Shown here: positions 10,501 to 19,300 of the stretch, in pieces
How the letters are laid out: the number at the start of each line of letters is the position of its first letter
How positions within the stretch are numbered: position 1 is the stretch's first letter
Origin: an uncultured Holophagales bacterium
GTDB lineage: Bacteria; Acidobacteriota; Thermoanaerobaculia; Multivoradales; UBA5704
Assembly: GCA_963842525.1 (NCBI GenBank)
Contig: CAWJGT010000003.1
Location: forward strand, 512,001-576,000
Reading direction: 5' to 3'
DNA length: 64,000 nucleotides
Program-made: the position numbers and the translations under genes
Notes under the pieces: model-generated
Database searches by the model: none
What the model saw: only the letters and a program-made list of their open reading frames with translations
Told to the model about the DNA's origin: nothing

Positions 10501-13500
10501 CAGCTCGACGAGGCGGCGCTTGCCCTCGCCTTGAAGGAGATTGTGCACCGTCACGAGGCCCTGCGCACCACGGTGTCCGACGCCTCGGGCGAGCCGCAGC
10601 AGGTGGTCGCCTCGGAGGAGGCCTTCTTCCTGCCTCGCATCGACCTCTCGGGTCTTTCCCGCGAGACGCGGCAGCGAGAAGAGAAGCGGTTGATCGAGCA
10701 GGATGCATTGCGATCTTTCGATCTCGCCCGGGGGCCCCTCTTCCGGCCGATGCTGATGAAGCTCGCAGCCGAAGAGCACCTGATGACGGCGACCATGCAC
10801 CACATCGTCAGCGATGGCTGGTCCATGGAGGTGCTCGTCAACGAGACCATCGCCTTCTACCAGGCCTACAGCGCAGGCCTACCGTCACACCTGCCCGAGC
10901 TCCCTGTCCAGTACGCGGACTTCTCCGTATGGCAGCGGGAGTGGCTCGCTGGAGCGGTATTGGAGTCGGAGGTGGACCACTGGAGACAGCGCCTGGAGGG
11001 AGCACCCGCAGTGCTGGAGCTACCGACGGACCGGCCGCGGCCAGCAGAGTGGAGCGGTCGCGGGGCGCAAGCGCTTCTGGTGCTGCCTCCATCGCTCTCG
11101 GGAGCGCTCCGCAGCCTTGCCCGCCGGCAGGCCGTCACTCCATTCATGCTCTTGCTGGCCTGCTTCCAGGGCCTGCTCCACCGGCATTCCCGCCACACCG
11201 ATGTATGTATCGGCACGCCGATCGCCGGACGTAACCGCCTGGAGATCGAGGGGGTGATCGGATTTTTTGTCAACACTCTGGTAATGCGCGTTCAGCTCGC
11301 GGGCGACCCTGAGCTGGCGGAGGTCCTGCGACGGGTGCGCGAATCGGCGCTCGATGCCTACGCTCATCAAGACCTCCCCTTCGAGAGACTGGTCGAAGAG
11401 CTCAAACCGGAGCGGAGCCTCGCCCATTCGCCGCTGTTCCAGGTGATGTTCGCCCTCCAGCCCCCGCCTCGCGGGAAACGTCTCGTACCCGGTCTCTCTG
11501 CCGCTCCGGTTCGGGTCGAGAGCGTGGGGGCCAAGTTCGATCTCAGCCTTCTGATGATCGATAGCGGGGAGGGCTTGGCCGGCGGGCTCACCTATGCCAC
11601 GGACCTCTTCGATGAGACGACGGTCAAGCGTCTGCTGGCACGCTTCGAGACGCTGCTCACGGTACTCGCGGCCGATCCCGGGCAGCGCCTCTCCGAGGCC
11701 GCGTTGATTCCCGCGGCCGAGCGGCAGCAGGTGATCGCCGAGTGGAACGACAGTCAGGCCGAGTGGCCGACCCCGCAGGGGCTTTGCCTGCACGAGCTGT
11801 TCGAACGCCAGGTGGAGAGGGGCCCCGATTCGGTGGCCGTGGTCTTCAACAAAGAGCAGCTCACCTACCGGCAGCTCGACCACAGGGCGAGCCAACTCGC
11901 CCACCACCTCCGCAGGCTAGGCGTGGGGACCGAAGCACGGGTGGCCGTCTGCGTCGAGCGCTCGTGCGAAATGGCCGTGGGGCTGCTGGGTGCGCTCAAG
12001 GCCGGAGCGGCTTATGTGCCCCTGGATCCGGACTATCCCCGGGAGCGTCTGGCCTTCATGATCGAAGATTCGGGAGCCTTGGTCCTGCTGACGCAGGAGT
12101 CCCTCGCCTATGCTGTTTCGCCGGGCGGCACCCGGACGGTCTGCCTGGACGGCGAATGGTCCACCATCGCTGAAGAGCCTGTGGACAGGCCTGTCGGCGG
12201 CGCCACGCCGGAGAGCTTGGCGTACGTGATGTACACCTCTGGATCCACCGGCAGGCCCAAGGCGGTGATGGCGCACCACGCCGGCATTGTCAACCGCCTG
12301 CTCTGGGCACAGCTCACATATCCCGTCACTGAGGCGGATCGGGTGTTTCAGATCGCATCGTTCTCTTTCGATTTCTCGGTCTGGGAGTTCTTCGCGCCTC
12401 TCGCGGCAGGGGCCTGCCTGGTCCTCGCTCTTCCTGGCGGGCATCGAGACAGCACCTATCTGGTGAGGAAGATCGCCGAGGAGGCCGTTTCGATCGTCCA
12501 TTTCACGCCCTCCATGCTGCAGGTGTTCCTGCTGGAGGAGGGGATCGAGAAGTGCCGCAGCCTGCGCCACGTCCTGTCTGGCGGCGAGGCCCTCTCGCGG
12601 GAGGTCGAAGCCCTCGTCTTCTCTCGCACGACGGCGGTCTTGCGCAACCAGTACGGTCCGACCGAGGCATCGATCGATGTGACGGCACGGCTCTGCCGGC
12701 CGGACGATCGCCCGCACCGGACCGTCTCCATTGGCCGGCCGATCGCCAATGGCGAGGTCTATGTTTTGGATGGACACCTGCAGCCCGCGCCGGTCGGGGT
12801 GCGTGGAGAGCTGTATCTGGGTGGTGTGGGTGTGGCGCGGGGATACCTCGGACGGCCTGGCCTCACGGCGGAGAGATTCTCTCCCAACCCGTTCTGTGCG
12901 CGGGCGGGTGGCCGGCTCTACCGGACCGGGGATCTGGCGCGCTGGCTGGCAGACGGCGAGATCGAGTTCCTGGGGCGGCTCGATGACCAGATCAAGATTC
13001 GGGGGCTTCGCATCGAGCTGGGAGAGATCGAGGCTACTCTTGCCGGGCATCCGGGAGTGCGCGAATCCGTGGTTCTGGCTCGGGAAGACGTTCCCGGCGA
13101 AACGCGCCTCGCCGCCTATCTAGTGGCGCGGCCGGAAACGCTTCTCACAGCGGCGGAGCTTCGCGACCACCTGCGGCGGAGTCTGCCAGAGCACATGATC
13201 CCTGCGGCGTTCGTGGTGCTCGATGCGCTGCCGCGCACCTCGAATGGGAAGCTCGACCGCAAGGCCCTGCCGGCGCCGGGCGAGCCCCGGGCCGGAGAGC
13301 GTGGGGCCTCTTCACCACGCACGATCACCGAAGAGATCCTGGCGGGCCTCTGGCAGGAGATCCTGCGGCTCGACCGCACTCTCGGCATCCACGAGAGCTT
13401 CTTTGAGCTCGGAGGACACTCCCTGCTGGCCACCCGGATGCTCTCGCGGGTCCGGGGGGTGTTCGAGGTCGACCTCCCCCTGCGCACCGTATTCGAGTCG

Positions 13501-15024
13501 CCCACCGTTTCCGGTCTGGCCGCCCTCGTCGAGGAGGGGAAGAGAACGGCCCGCGGCCTGCGGATCCCTCCCTTCGAGCCCGTCGCGGCGCGCATCGAGG
13601 CACCCCTCTCCTTCTCCCAGCAGCGCCTCTGGTTCATGGACCAGTTGGAGCCTGGGAATCCTTTCTACAATGTCGCCGCAGCCTTCGACCTGGAGGGGCG
13701 GCTGGATCCGTCGGTGTTGGAGCAGGTCCTCGGCGAGGTCGTGCGCCGGCAAGGCTCGCTGCGTACCGTTTTCGCGAACCGGAGCGGCCAGCCCGTGCAG
13801 CAGGTTCAGCCGTCCGCGCCGGTAACCCTGCCGGTCGTCGACCTGTCCACCCTGGGGGAGGGGGAGCAGCAGGTCGAGGTCCGGAGGCTGGTCGTCCAAG
13901 AGGCGCGGGCCCCCTTCGATCTCGCGTGCGGGCCGCTCTTCCGCATGCGGCTGCTGCGTCTTGGCGGGAGCCGGCACGTCTTCCTCCTGGCCCTGCACCA
14001 CATCATCACCGACGGCTGGTCGACCGGCGTGCTGATCCGCGAGCTCGTGGAGCTGTACGAGAGCTTCTCGCGGGGCGAGAGCTCGCCGCTGGCGGACCTC
14101 CCCCTCCAATACACGGATTTCGCCGTCTGGCAGCAACAGTGGCTGCGCGGGGAGGCCCTGGAGACCCAGCTCGCCTACTGGCGCAGGCAGCTCGCCGATG
14201 CGCCTGCGGTCACCCGGCTCCCCACGGATCGTCCGCGGCCTGCGGCCCAGAGCTACCGGGGAGGCCGGCAGAGGTTCGAGCTGCCGGCCGAGCCGTGCCA
14301 GCGGCTGCGTGAGCTCAGCCGGCGGGAGGGAGTATCCCTGTTCATGACCGTGTTGGCCGCCTACCAGGCCTTCCTGTCCTCCTGCGCGGGAGAGGAGGTC
14401 GTGGTCGTGGGGTCTCCGGTCAGCTATCGCAACTGGGCCGAGGTCGAGGGGCTGATCGGCTTCTTTGCCAACACGCTCCTGTTCCGCGGTGATGTCGCCG
14501 GAAACCCCAGCTTCCGGGAGCTGCTCGGGCGGGTCCGCAAAATGGCGCTGGATGCATTCGCCCACGAGCACGTGCCGTTCGACAAGCTGGTCAGCGAGCT
14601 GCGCCCCGAGAGAAACCTGGGCTACAACCCGCTGTTCCAGGCGGGTTTCGCGTTCCAGACGGCTGCCGAGACCAGCCGCGGGAGATCCGATCTCCTCGTA
14701 CGCCCGTTCGGATTCGAGCTGGAGACAACCCATTTCGATCTCAACCTGGCCGTGGTTGACACCGGCGCGAAGCTGGTGGGCGACCTCCAGTTCAGCCGGG
14801 ACCTCTTCGAAGAGATCACCGTCGACCTGATGCGGGAGCAGCTCCAGGAGCTGATGCAGAGGGTGGGGAGCGATCCGGAGATCCGGATGAACGATCTGAA
14901 GCCCCTTTTGGCAGAAGTGAGCAGGCGGCGGCTGGGTGCGTTGAAGCGGGAGCTCGGCCAGGCCACCACCACACCGGGCCTCAAGAGCGGGAGACGACAG
15001 GCTGTCGTCGTGACCGGGAAGTAA
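4591..15024 (+). CDS. NRPS-2, 3 modules: half-C-A(Asn)-T-C-A(Ile)-T-C-A(Ser-clade, atypical)-T-C(terminal). Start uncertain: TTG 4591, or ATG 4529 if one T is missing near 4550.
   Basis: 3477-aa ORF with three A domains (YTSGSTG, YGPTE, GDL/GDR, K.RG/K.LG), three GGHS T domains and three HHxxxDG C domains. Codes: DLTKIGEVGK (Asn), DAFFLGVTFK (Ile), DFWHLGQIDK (non-standard). Confidence 0.95.
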   Translation: MIRDEVQEKHEVGSHEAWWEKEAAYWSQKLADPPEAVGLPLDRPRPLVPGFRQARVEVGVAEEVQRGLLQLCQGNDTLLLVAFVAVVKTWLHRSTGAEDIIVGTTIHRRYAELASFNKVLCLRNRVTSASTLKDLLLQVKETISEAYAYQKLPFDRLRKLLAPALPDPVGPLFRVAVLMEQINDVASLERLLPDVTWIVSRTDERIHCRIEYNAELFQAASVRASGEACIRIASALVADPRARIGELALLASERERELLHDFNATCREYPRDCTIHELFEREAGRCGEKTALLCSSLELSYQELNRRANRLAHHLRRLGVAAGARVGVLLDHSPEAVIAILAVLKAGGAYVPFDPFAPAERLAFMMADAQIAVLLTQDRLAQQCSAGEAVVLRLDADRQLFAQESTEKPPAGAMPQDVAYIIYTSGSTGRPKGVLISHSSLVNYIWWSKDVYLRGEALAFSLYSSLAFDLTITSLFTPLVTGNQLVIYRSEEGRTPVLDVVRDDLTEVLKLTPSHLALIQEHDNRGSRIRRLIVGGEALETRLARRVYESFGGKIEIFNEYGPTEATVGCMIYRFDPEAQDRAFVPIGRPAANTRIYLLDEDHKPVGMNAPGELYISGDGVAQGYWRRNDLTAERFVADPFHAGGRMYKTGDLARWLPEDVIDFLGRKDGQIKFLGHRIELDEIRWALGQHRKVRDSVVSATEDENGNRVLLAYYVAREALDVAELRSFLSSYIPEETIPSFFVHMKRLPLTLNGKLNHQALPSLSEAKKQLRQEIVAPRNATELRVAEIFRQVLGLQQVGIHESFFTLGGHSLLATQVTSRVRDGFHLELPLRALFEAPTVADLAAKIDAASHAGHELKLPPLVRCRRDGDLPLSFAQQRLWFIHQLEPESPAYNIPVAVRLTGKLDRRALRAALCGVAARHETLRTTFGDLAGEPVQRIAPPAQLATPLIDLTDLATAQREAETRRLAMEEERRPFDLACGPLVRVALLRLACEEHVLLLTLHHIVSDGWSTGVLIREIGALYRAFHEGRPSPLPPLAIQYADFALWQRTWMSGEELATQLSYWLDRLEGIPAEIGLPTDHPRPAVPSGRGSSRWLRLPKGLSDALAVLGARHGATLFMTLLAGWKVLLSRYSGQTDIVVGTPIANRNRTELEPLIGFFVNTLVVRTDLSGNPGFRELVGRVREGTLSAYTHQDLPFEKLVEEMVPERALARTPIFQVVFALQNAPVGILDLPGLTLFPLVLKGGTAKFDLTLSLAESGAGLGGILEFSSDLFDPVTAARLASHFETLLAAVAFDPAHRIEELPLLGPAERSQLLLEWNQTAADYPHDATLPELFEAQVLRTPEAIAMVYGDEELTYRDLSRRADRVAHRLRACGVGPESLVGLCADRSADLVTGMLGILKAGGAYVPLDPSYPRERLAFMLEDAHASIVLAHERWAGALPLGKAELLLLDEAVREEVMEGQGERLAPAGAMAESLAYVMYTSGSTGRPKGVAVSHRAIVRLVRGTDYAQLEPADRIAQVASSSFDAATFEIWGALLNGACLVGIESPVALSPGALATRIAEQRISALFLTTALFQQIAREAPEVFRPLRHLLFGGEVVDPRWVREVLKKGAPERLLHVYGPTESTTFSSWYLVEQVPERAASVPIGRPIRNTRAHVLDRHLRPVPIGVIGDLYLGGDGLARGYHNRPDLTAERFVPDLSGYEPGGRFYGTGDRARHLADGTIDFLGRLDHQVKLRGFRIELGEVEAALAEHPGVRQVLVTVWWQGGPDGSADSRLVAYVVGEEESGELRRHLEARLPSFMIPSAFVRLPSFPLTSNGKVDRRSLPAPEWGKAEAEVNLKAPCTPVEDLLATLWSEVLGVDRVGNRDDFFELGGHSLLATRLVSRIRAAFGIDLALRDLFEQPTIASLAPLLEDQLTRGRSSAAPPIRPTSRTEGAPLSFSQQRLWFLDQLKPGNAAYNIPQAMRLVGQLDEAALALALKEIVHRHEALRTTVSDASGEPQQVVASEEAFFLPRIDLSGLSRETRQREEKRLIEQDALRSFDLARGPLFRPMLMKLAAEEHLMTATMHHIVSDGWSMEVLVNETIAFYQAYSAGLPSHLPELPVQYADFSVWQREWLAGAVLESEVDHWRQRLEGAPAVLELPTDRPRPAEWSGRGAQALLVLPPSLSGALRSLARRQAVTPFMLLLACFQGLLHRHSRHTDVCIGTPIAGRNRLEIEGVIGFFVNTLVMRVQLAGDPELAEVLRRVRESALDAYAHQDLPFERLVEELKPERSLAHSPLFQVMFALQPPPRGKRLVPGLSAAPVRVESVGAKFDLSLLMIDSGEGLAGGLTYATDLFDETTVKRLLARFETLLTVLAADPGQRLSEAALIPAAERQQVIAEWNDSQAEWPTPQGLCLHELFERQVERGPDSVAVVFNKEQLTYRQLDHRASQLAHHLRRLGVGTEARVAVCVERSCEMAVGLLGALKAGAAYVPLDPDYPRERLAFMIEDSGALVLLTQESLAYAVSPGGTRTVCLDGEWSTIAEEPVDRPVGGATPESLAYVMYTSGSTGRPKAVMAHHAGIVNRLLWAQLTYPVTEADRVFQIASFSFDFSVWEFFAPLAAGACLVLALPGGHRDSTYLVRKIAEEAVSIVHFTPSMLQVFLLEEGIEKCRSLRHVLSGGEALSREVEALVFSRTTAVLRNQYGPTEASIDVTARLCRPDDRPHRTVSIGRPIANGEVYVLDGHLQPAPVGVRGELYLGGVGVARGYLGRPGLTAERFSPNPFCARAGGRLYRTGDLARWLADGEIEFLGRLDDQIKIRGLRIELGEIEATLAGHPGVRESVVLAREDVPGETRLAAYLVARPETLLTAAELRDHLRRSLPEHMIPAAFVVLDALPRTSNGKLDRKALPAPGEPRAGERGASSPRTITEEILAGLWQEILRLDRTLGIHESFFELGGHSLLATRMLSRVRGVFEVDLPLRTVFESPTVSGLAALVEEGKRTARGLRIPPFEPVAARIEAPLSFSQQRLWFMDQLEPGNPFYNVAAAFDLEGRLDPSVLEQVLGEVVRRQGSLRTVFANRSGQPVQQVQPSAPVTLPVVDLSTLGEGEQQVEVRRLVVQEARAPFDLACGPLFRMRLLRLGGSRHVFLLALHHIITDGWSTGVLIRELVELYESFSRGESSPLADLPLQYTDFAVWQQQWLRGEALETQLAYWRRQLADAPAVTRLPTDRPRPAAQSYRGGRQRFELPAEPCQRLRELSRREGVSLFMTVLAAYQAFLSSCAGEEVVVVGSPVSYRNWAEVEGLIGFFANTLLFRGDVAGNPSFRELLGRVRKMALDAFAHEHVPFDKLVSELRPERNLGYNPLFQAGFAFQTAAETSRGRSDLLVRPFGFELETTHFDLNLAVVDTGAKLVGDLQFSRDLFEEITVDLMREQLQELMQRVGSDPEIRMNDLKPLLAEVSRRRLGALKRELGQATTTPGLKSGRRQAVVVTGK
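7321..7423 (+). repeat. Near-exact copy of window positions 1-103 (start of a C domain)
   Basis: gccctgcgagccgccctgtgcggggtggcggcacgccacgagaccctgcg... occurs at both 1 and 7321. The match probably extends left of the window. Confidence 0.9.
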
Positions 15025-15063
15025 GGCAACGGAGATAGCACATGGAGAAGGTCGTCGAAGGTT
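13024..15063 (+). repeat. Direct repeat copy 2 (~2.0 kb)
   Basis: Near-identical to 2515-4550, including the intergenic gap and the first 7 codons of the next gene. Confidence 0.93.
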
Positions 15064-16300
15064 TCAAGCTCTCTCCCCAGCAGCTCCATGTATGGGCGCT
15101 GCAACGCGGTGCGCAGAGCAGGCCGTATCGTGCCGCATGCGTGGTCCGGATCGAGGGAGACCTCGATCCGGAGGCTCTCGAACGGGGACTCGCCCGCGTC
15201 GTCGAGCGGCACGAGATCCTGCGCACGACGTTCCAGCAGCTCCCGGGCCTGGAGATCCCGCTGCAGATCCCGGGTGAGCTGGCGTCCGTCGCCGTGCAGC
15301 TTCACGACCTGATCGGCGCAACGCCCGAGGGACAGCAGAGCGGGATCGACGCCCTCCTTGAGGAGATGGGGCGGACCGCGGTCGACCTGGGAACGGGGCC
15401 GCTGCTGCAGGCCTCGCTGGTTCCCTTGGCCGCCGGGAAGCACGCGCTCCTGCTCGATCTGCCTGCGCTCTGCGCCGACGCGGGTGCGCTCGCGAGCCTG
15501 GTTCGCGATCTGGAGATCTCCTACCGCGGCGAACAGGCGGCCGAGCCCATGCAGTACGCCGATATCGCCGGCTGGCAGAACGACCTCCTCGATGCGCGGG
15601 ACGAGGTGGCGCGCAAGTATTGGGCGACCCAGAGCTTCACCTCTTCGCTGGACGCCTCGTTGTTCTGCGAGCGCGCAGAGGATCCGCTGGGGAGCTTCGC
15701 GCCCCGCCGCCTGGACCTGGGCCTGTCTACGGCGCTCGCGAAGGCGGTGGATGAGCTGGCCCGTCGCCTGGAGACCTCGGCCGAGGTGGTTCTGTTGAGC
15801 TGCTGGCACGCCCTGGTGCGGCGTCTTTCCGGGCGCTCCGATGCGGTCCTCGGCGTGGCTTGCGATGGACGCAAGCTCGCGGAGCTCGAAGGGGCGCTCG
15901 GCCTGCTCGCCCGCTATCTCCCGCTGCGTTGCGAGCTGGATGGCCGCGCGACCTTCGAGGAGTCGGTCCGCGAGGTCCAAGGGATGATCAGTGACCTCCG
16001 CGAGTGGCAGGAGCACTTCACGTGGGAGGCGTTCCCGCCGGCGCAGCAGACGCCCCGCTGGTTCCCGCATGCCTTTGAGTACGGGGAGCTGCCAGCGGAT
16101 CGGGAGGGCTCCGGAGTGTCGTTCTTCATGGACCGCTTGAGCGTTTGCACCGAGCGCTTCCGGCTGAAGCTCTCGTGCCTGCGGCGGGACGGCATTCTGT
16201 CGGCCGAGCTCGTCTATGACGGAAGCGTCTACCAGCGGGAGGACGCGCTCCGCCTCGCAGGGTGGTTCCGGACATTGCTCGAGGGGGCAATCCAGCAGCC
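15042..16300 (+). other. N-terminal catalytically degenerate condensation-like (interface-type) domain
   Basis: Starts [14 protein letters not shown] and has C-like motifs RHEILRT and [10 protein letters not shown], but LPALCADAG stands where HHxxxDG is expected. Confidence 0.75.
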
Positions 16301-19300
16301 GCACGTCCGGGTCTTGGAGCTGGAGATCCTGAGCGCGGCCGAGAGACGCCGCCTGCTCGAGGACCTGAGCGGCCCGCAGGCCGATTGCGGGCCGCTCGCG
16401 ACTCTCACCGCGCTGTTCGAGGAGCAGGTACGCCGGGCTCCCGGTGAGACCGCCGTCGTCTTCCGGGATCTGCGCCTGACCTACGGCGAGCTCGCCGCGC
16501 AGGCCCGCCGGCTCGCCCGGAAGCTGCGCGCCATGGGCGTGGGTCCCGAGGTGCGGGTGGCCCTCTGTGTAGAGAGATCCCTGGACATGATCGTCGGCAT
16601 CCTCGGCATCCTCGAGGCCGGGGGGGCCTGGGTCCCGCTCGATCCCGCCTACCCCGCGGACCGGTTGGCGTTCATGCTGGAGGACGCCCGGGCCTCGGTG
16701 GTGCTGACCCAGGAGCGGCTGCTCGCGGAGCTCTCCCTGCCGGCTGTGAAGGTTCTTTGCCTGGACCGTGACTGGCAGCCCGTCGCCCAGGAGAGCCCGG
16801 AGCCTCGCTCCGGCGGCGCGGGACCTGACAACCTGGCCTATGTGATCTACACCTCCGGCTCGACGGGGAGGCCGAAGGGGGTGATGGTCTCCCACCGGGC
16901 CATCGTCAACCGCCTGCTCTGGATGCAGCGGGAGCTGCCCCTGACAAAAGAGGATCGCGTCCTCCAGAAGACCCCCTACAGCTTCGATGCGTCTATCTGG
17001 GAGATCTTGCTGCCGTTGCTGACGGGAGCCCGCCTCGTGATCGCCGAGCCCGGAGGGCACAAGGACTGCTCCTATCTCCTCGCCGCCGTGGCCGCGCAGG
17101 GCGTGACAATCCTGCAGCTCGTGCCTTCGCTGTTCTCGGTGTTCCTGGCGGAAGAGGGATTGCGCGAGCGTGGGCGCAGCTTGCGGCGGGTCTTCTGTGG
17201 CGGCGAGGCCCTGCCCGCCGAGGCTGTGGAACGTTCCCTCACCCTGCTGGAGGCCGAGCTCTGCAACCTCTACGGCCCGACCGAGGCGGCGATCGATGCG
17301 ACCTTCCTGTCCTGCGGGTCGGAGCGGCGCGAGGGCATCGTGCCGATCGGCCGTCCGCTCGACAACGTCCGGGTCCGCCTCCTGGACGCCAGCCAGCGGC
17401 TCGTGCCCGCGGGTATGCCGGGAGAAGCTCTGCATTGGCGGCACCGGCCTGGCCCGCGGCTATCTCTTCCGGGCGGACCTGACCGCCGAGCGCTTCGTGC
17501 CCGACCCCTGGGCGCCGGGCGAGCGCCTCTATAGGACCGGCGACCTGGCGCGCCTGGGCCCGGACGGCACCCTCGAGTTCCTGGGGCGGATCGACGGCCA
17601 GGTCAAGATCCGGGGCTTCCGGATCGAGCTGGGAGAGATCGAGGCCGTCCTGTCGCGGCACCCGGCGGTGCGGGAGGTTGTGGTCGTGGCGCGGGAGGAC
17701 GCGCCCGGGGACCGGCGCCTGGTGGCCTACGTGGCCTGCCGCCGCGAGGACCAGGCCGGCGCCGGTGAGCTCCGCGCATTCCTGACCCTGACGCTGCCCG
17801 AGTTCATGGTGCCGGCCGCGTTCGTCCTGCTCCCGTCCCTGCCCCGGCTGCCCAACGGCAAGCTGGACCGCCGCGGCCTGCCGGAGCCCGAGCGCGCCCC
17901 GGCCGGCCGGAAAGGGGCCGTGGCGGTTCCCCGCACTCCGGTCGAGGAGCTCATCGCAGGGCTCTGGGCTGAGCTGCTCGGCATGGACGGGATCGGGGTC
18001 GACGACAACTTCTTCGAGCTGGGAGGGCACTCCCTGATGGCGACCCAGCTCACCTCGCGCATCCGCGAGCTGTTCCGGGTCGAGCTCAAGGTGCGGGTCG
18101 TGTTCGAGGCCCCCACCATGGCCGGTCTCGCGGAGAGGATCGCGGCCGCGCAGCGGGACGAGAGAGAGACGCCGGAGGCGCCCTCGATCCAGCCAGTCCC
18201 GCGCGAGGGCTCTCTGCCCCTGTCCTTCGCACAACAACGGCTCTGGGTGCTCGACCAGATCGCTCCGGGCTCGGCAGCCTACAACCTGCCGGTCGCGGTG
18301 CGCCTGGAAGGGCTCCTGAATGCGGCGGCTCTCGCGGCGAGCCTCGCGGAGATCGTGCGACGCCACGAGGCTCTGCGCACCGTCTTTGCCGCTGCGGGAG
18401 GAGAGCCGGTCCAGGTCGTGCGGCCGGCCGATGCGTTCTTCCTGCCCGCGGTCGATCTGTCCGGGCTCGGAGAGCGGGCGGAGGAGGAAGCGCGGAGCTT
18501 GGCACTCGCGGATGCGCACCGGCCGTTCGACCTGGAGCAGGGCCCCCTCTTCCGCCCCACCCTGTTGCACCTCGCTCCCCAGACCCACGTCGCCCTGGCG
18601 ACGATGCACCACACCGTGAGCGACGGCTGGTCGCGAGGAGTGCTGATCCAGGAGCTGACGTCCCTCTACGCCGCCTTCGGCCGGGGTGAAGCTCCATCGT
18701 TACCCGCGCTGCCGGTGCAATACGGCGACTACGCCGTCTGGCAGCGCCGCTGGCTGTCGGGCGATGTCCTGGCCGCGGAGATCGACTACTGGCGGCGCCA
18801 TCTGGCCGGGATGCCGGCCCGGCTCGAGCTGCCGACCGACCACCCGCGGCCGGCTCTGCGGACCGACGCGGGCTCCACGCGGTCGCTGGTGCTCGGGGCG
18901 GAGCTCACGGCCAGCTTGCACGGCCTCGCCCGCGGCGAGGGCGCGACTCTCTTCATGGTCCTCCTGGCAGGGTTCCAGACGCTCCTCTCGCGCTATGCGG
19001 GACAGGAAGACCTCGCCGTGGGCACACCGATCGCCGGCCGCAACCGGATGGAGATCGAGCACCTGATCGGCTTCTTCGTCAACACCCTGGTTCTGCGCGC
19101 GCAGATCCCCGGCTCGTCGAGCCTCCGCGACCTCCTGCGCCGGACCCGGGCGGAGACCCTGGAGGCCTACGCCCATCAGGACGTGCCGTTCGAGAAGCTG
19201 GTGGAGGAGCTGGCGCCGGAGCGCAGCCTCTCCTACTCGCCGCTCTTCCAGGTGCTGTTCTCGCTCCAGAACGCCCCGGTCAGGGCCCTCGAGCTGCCCG

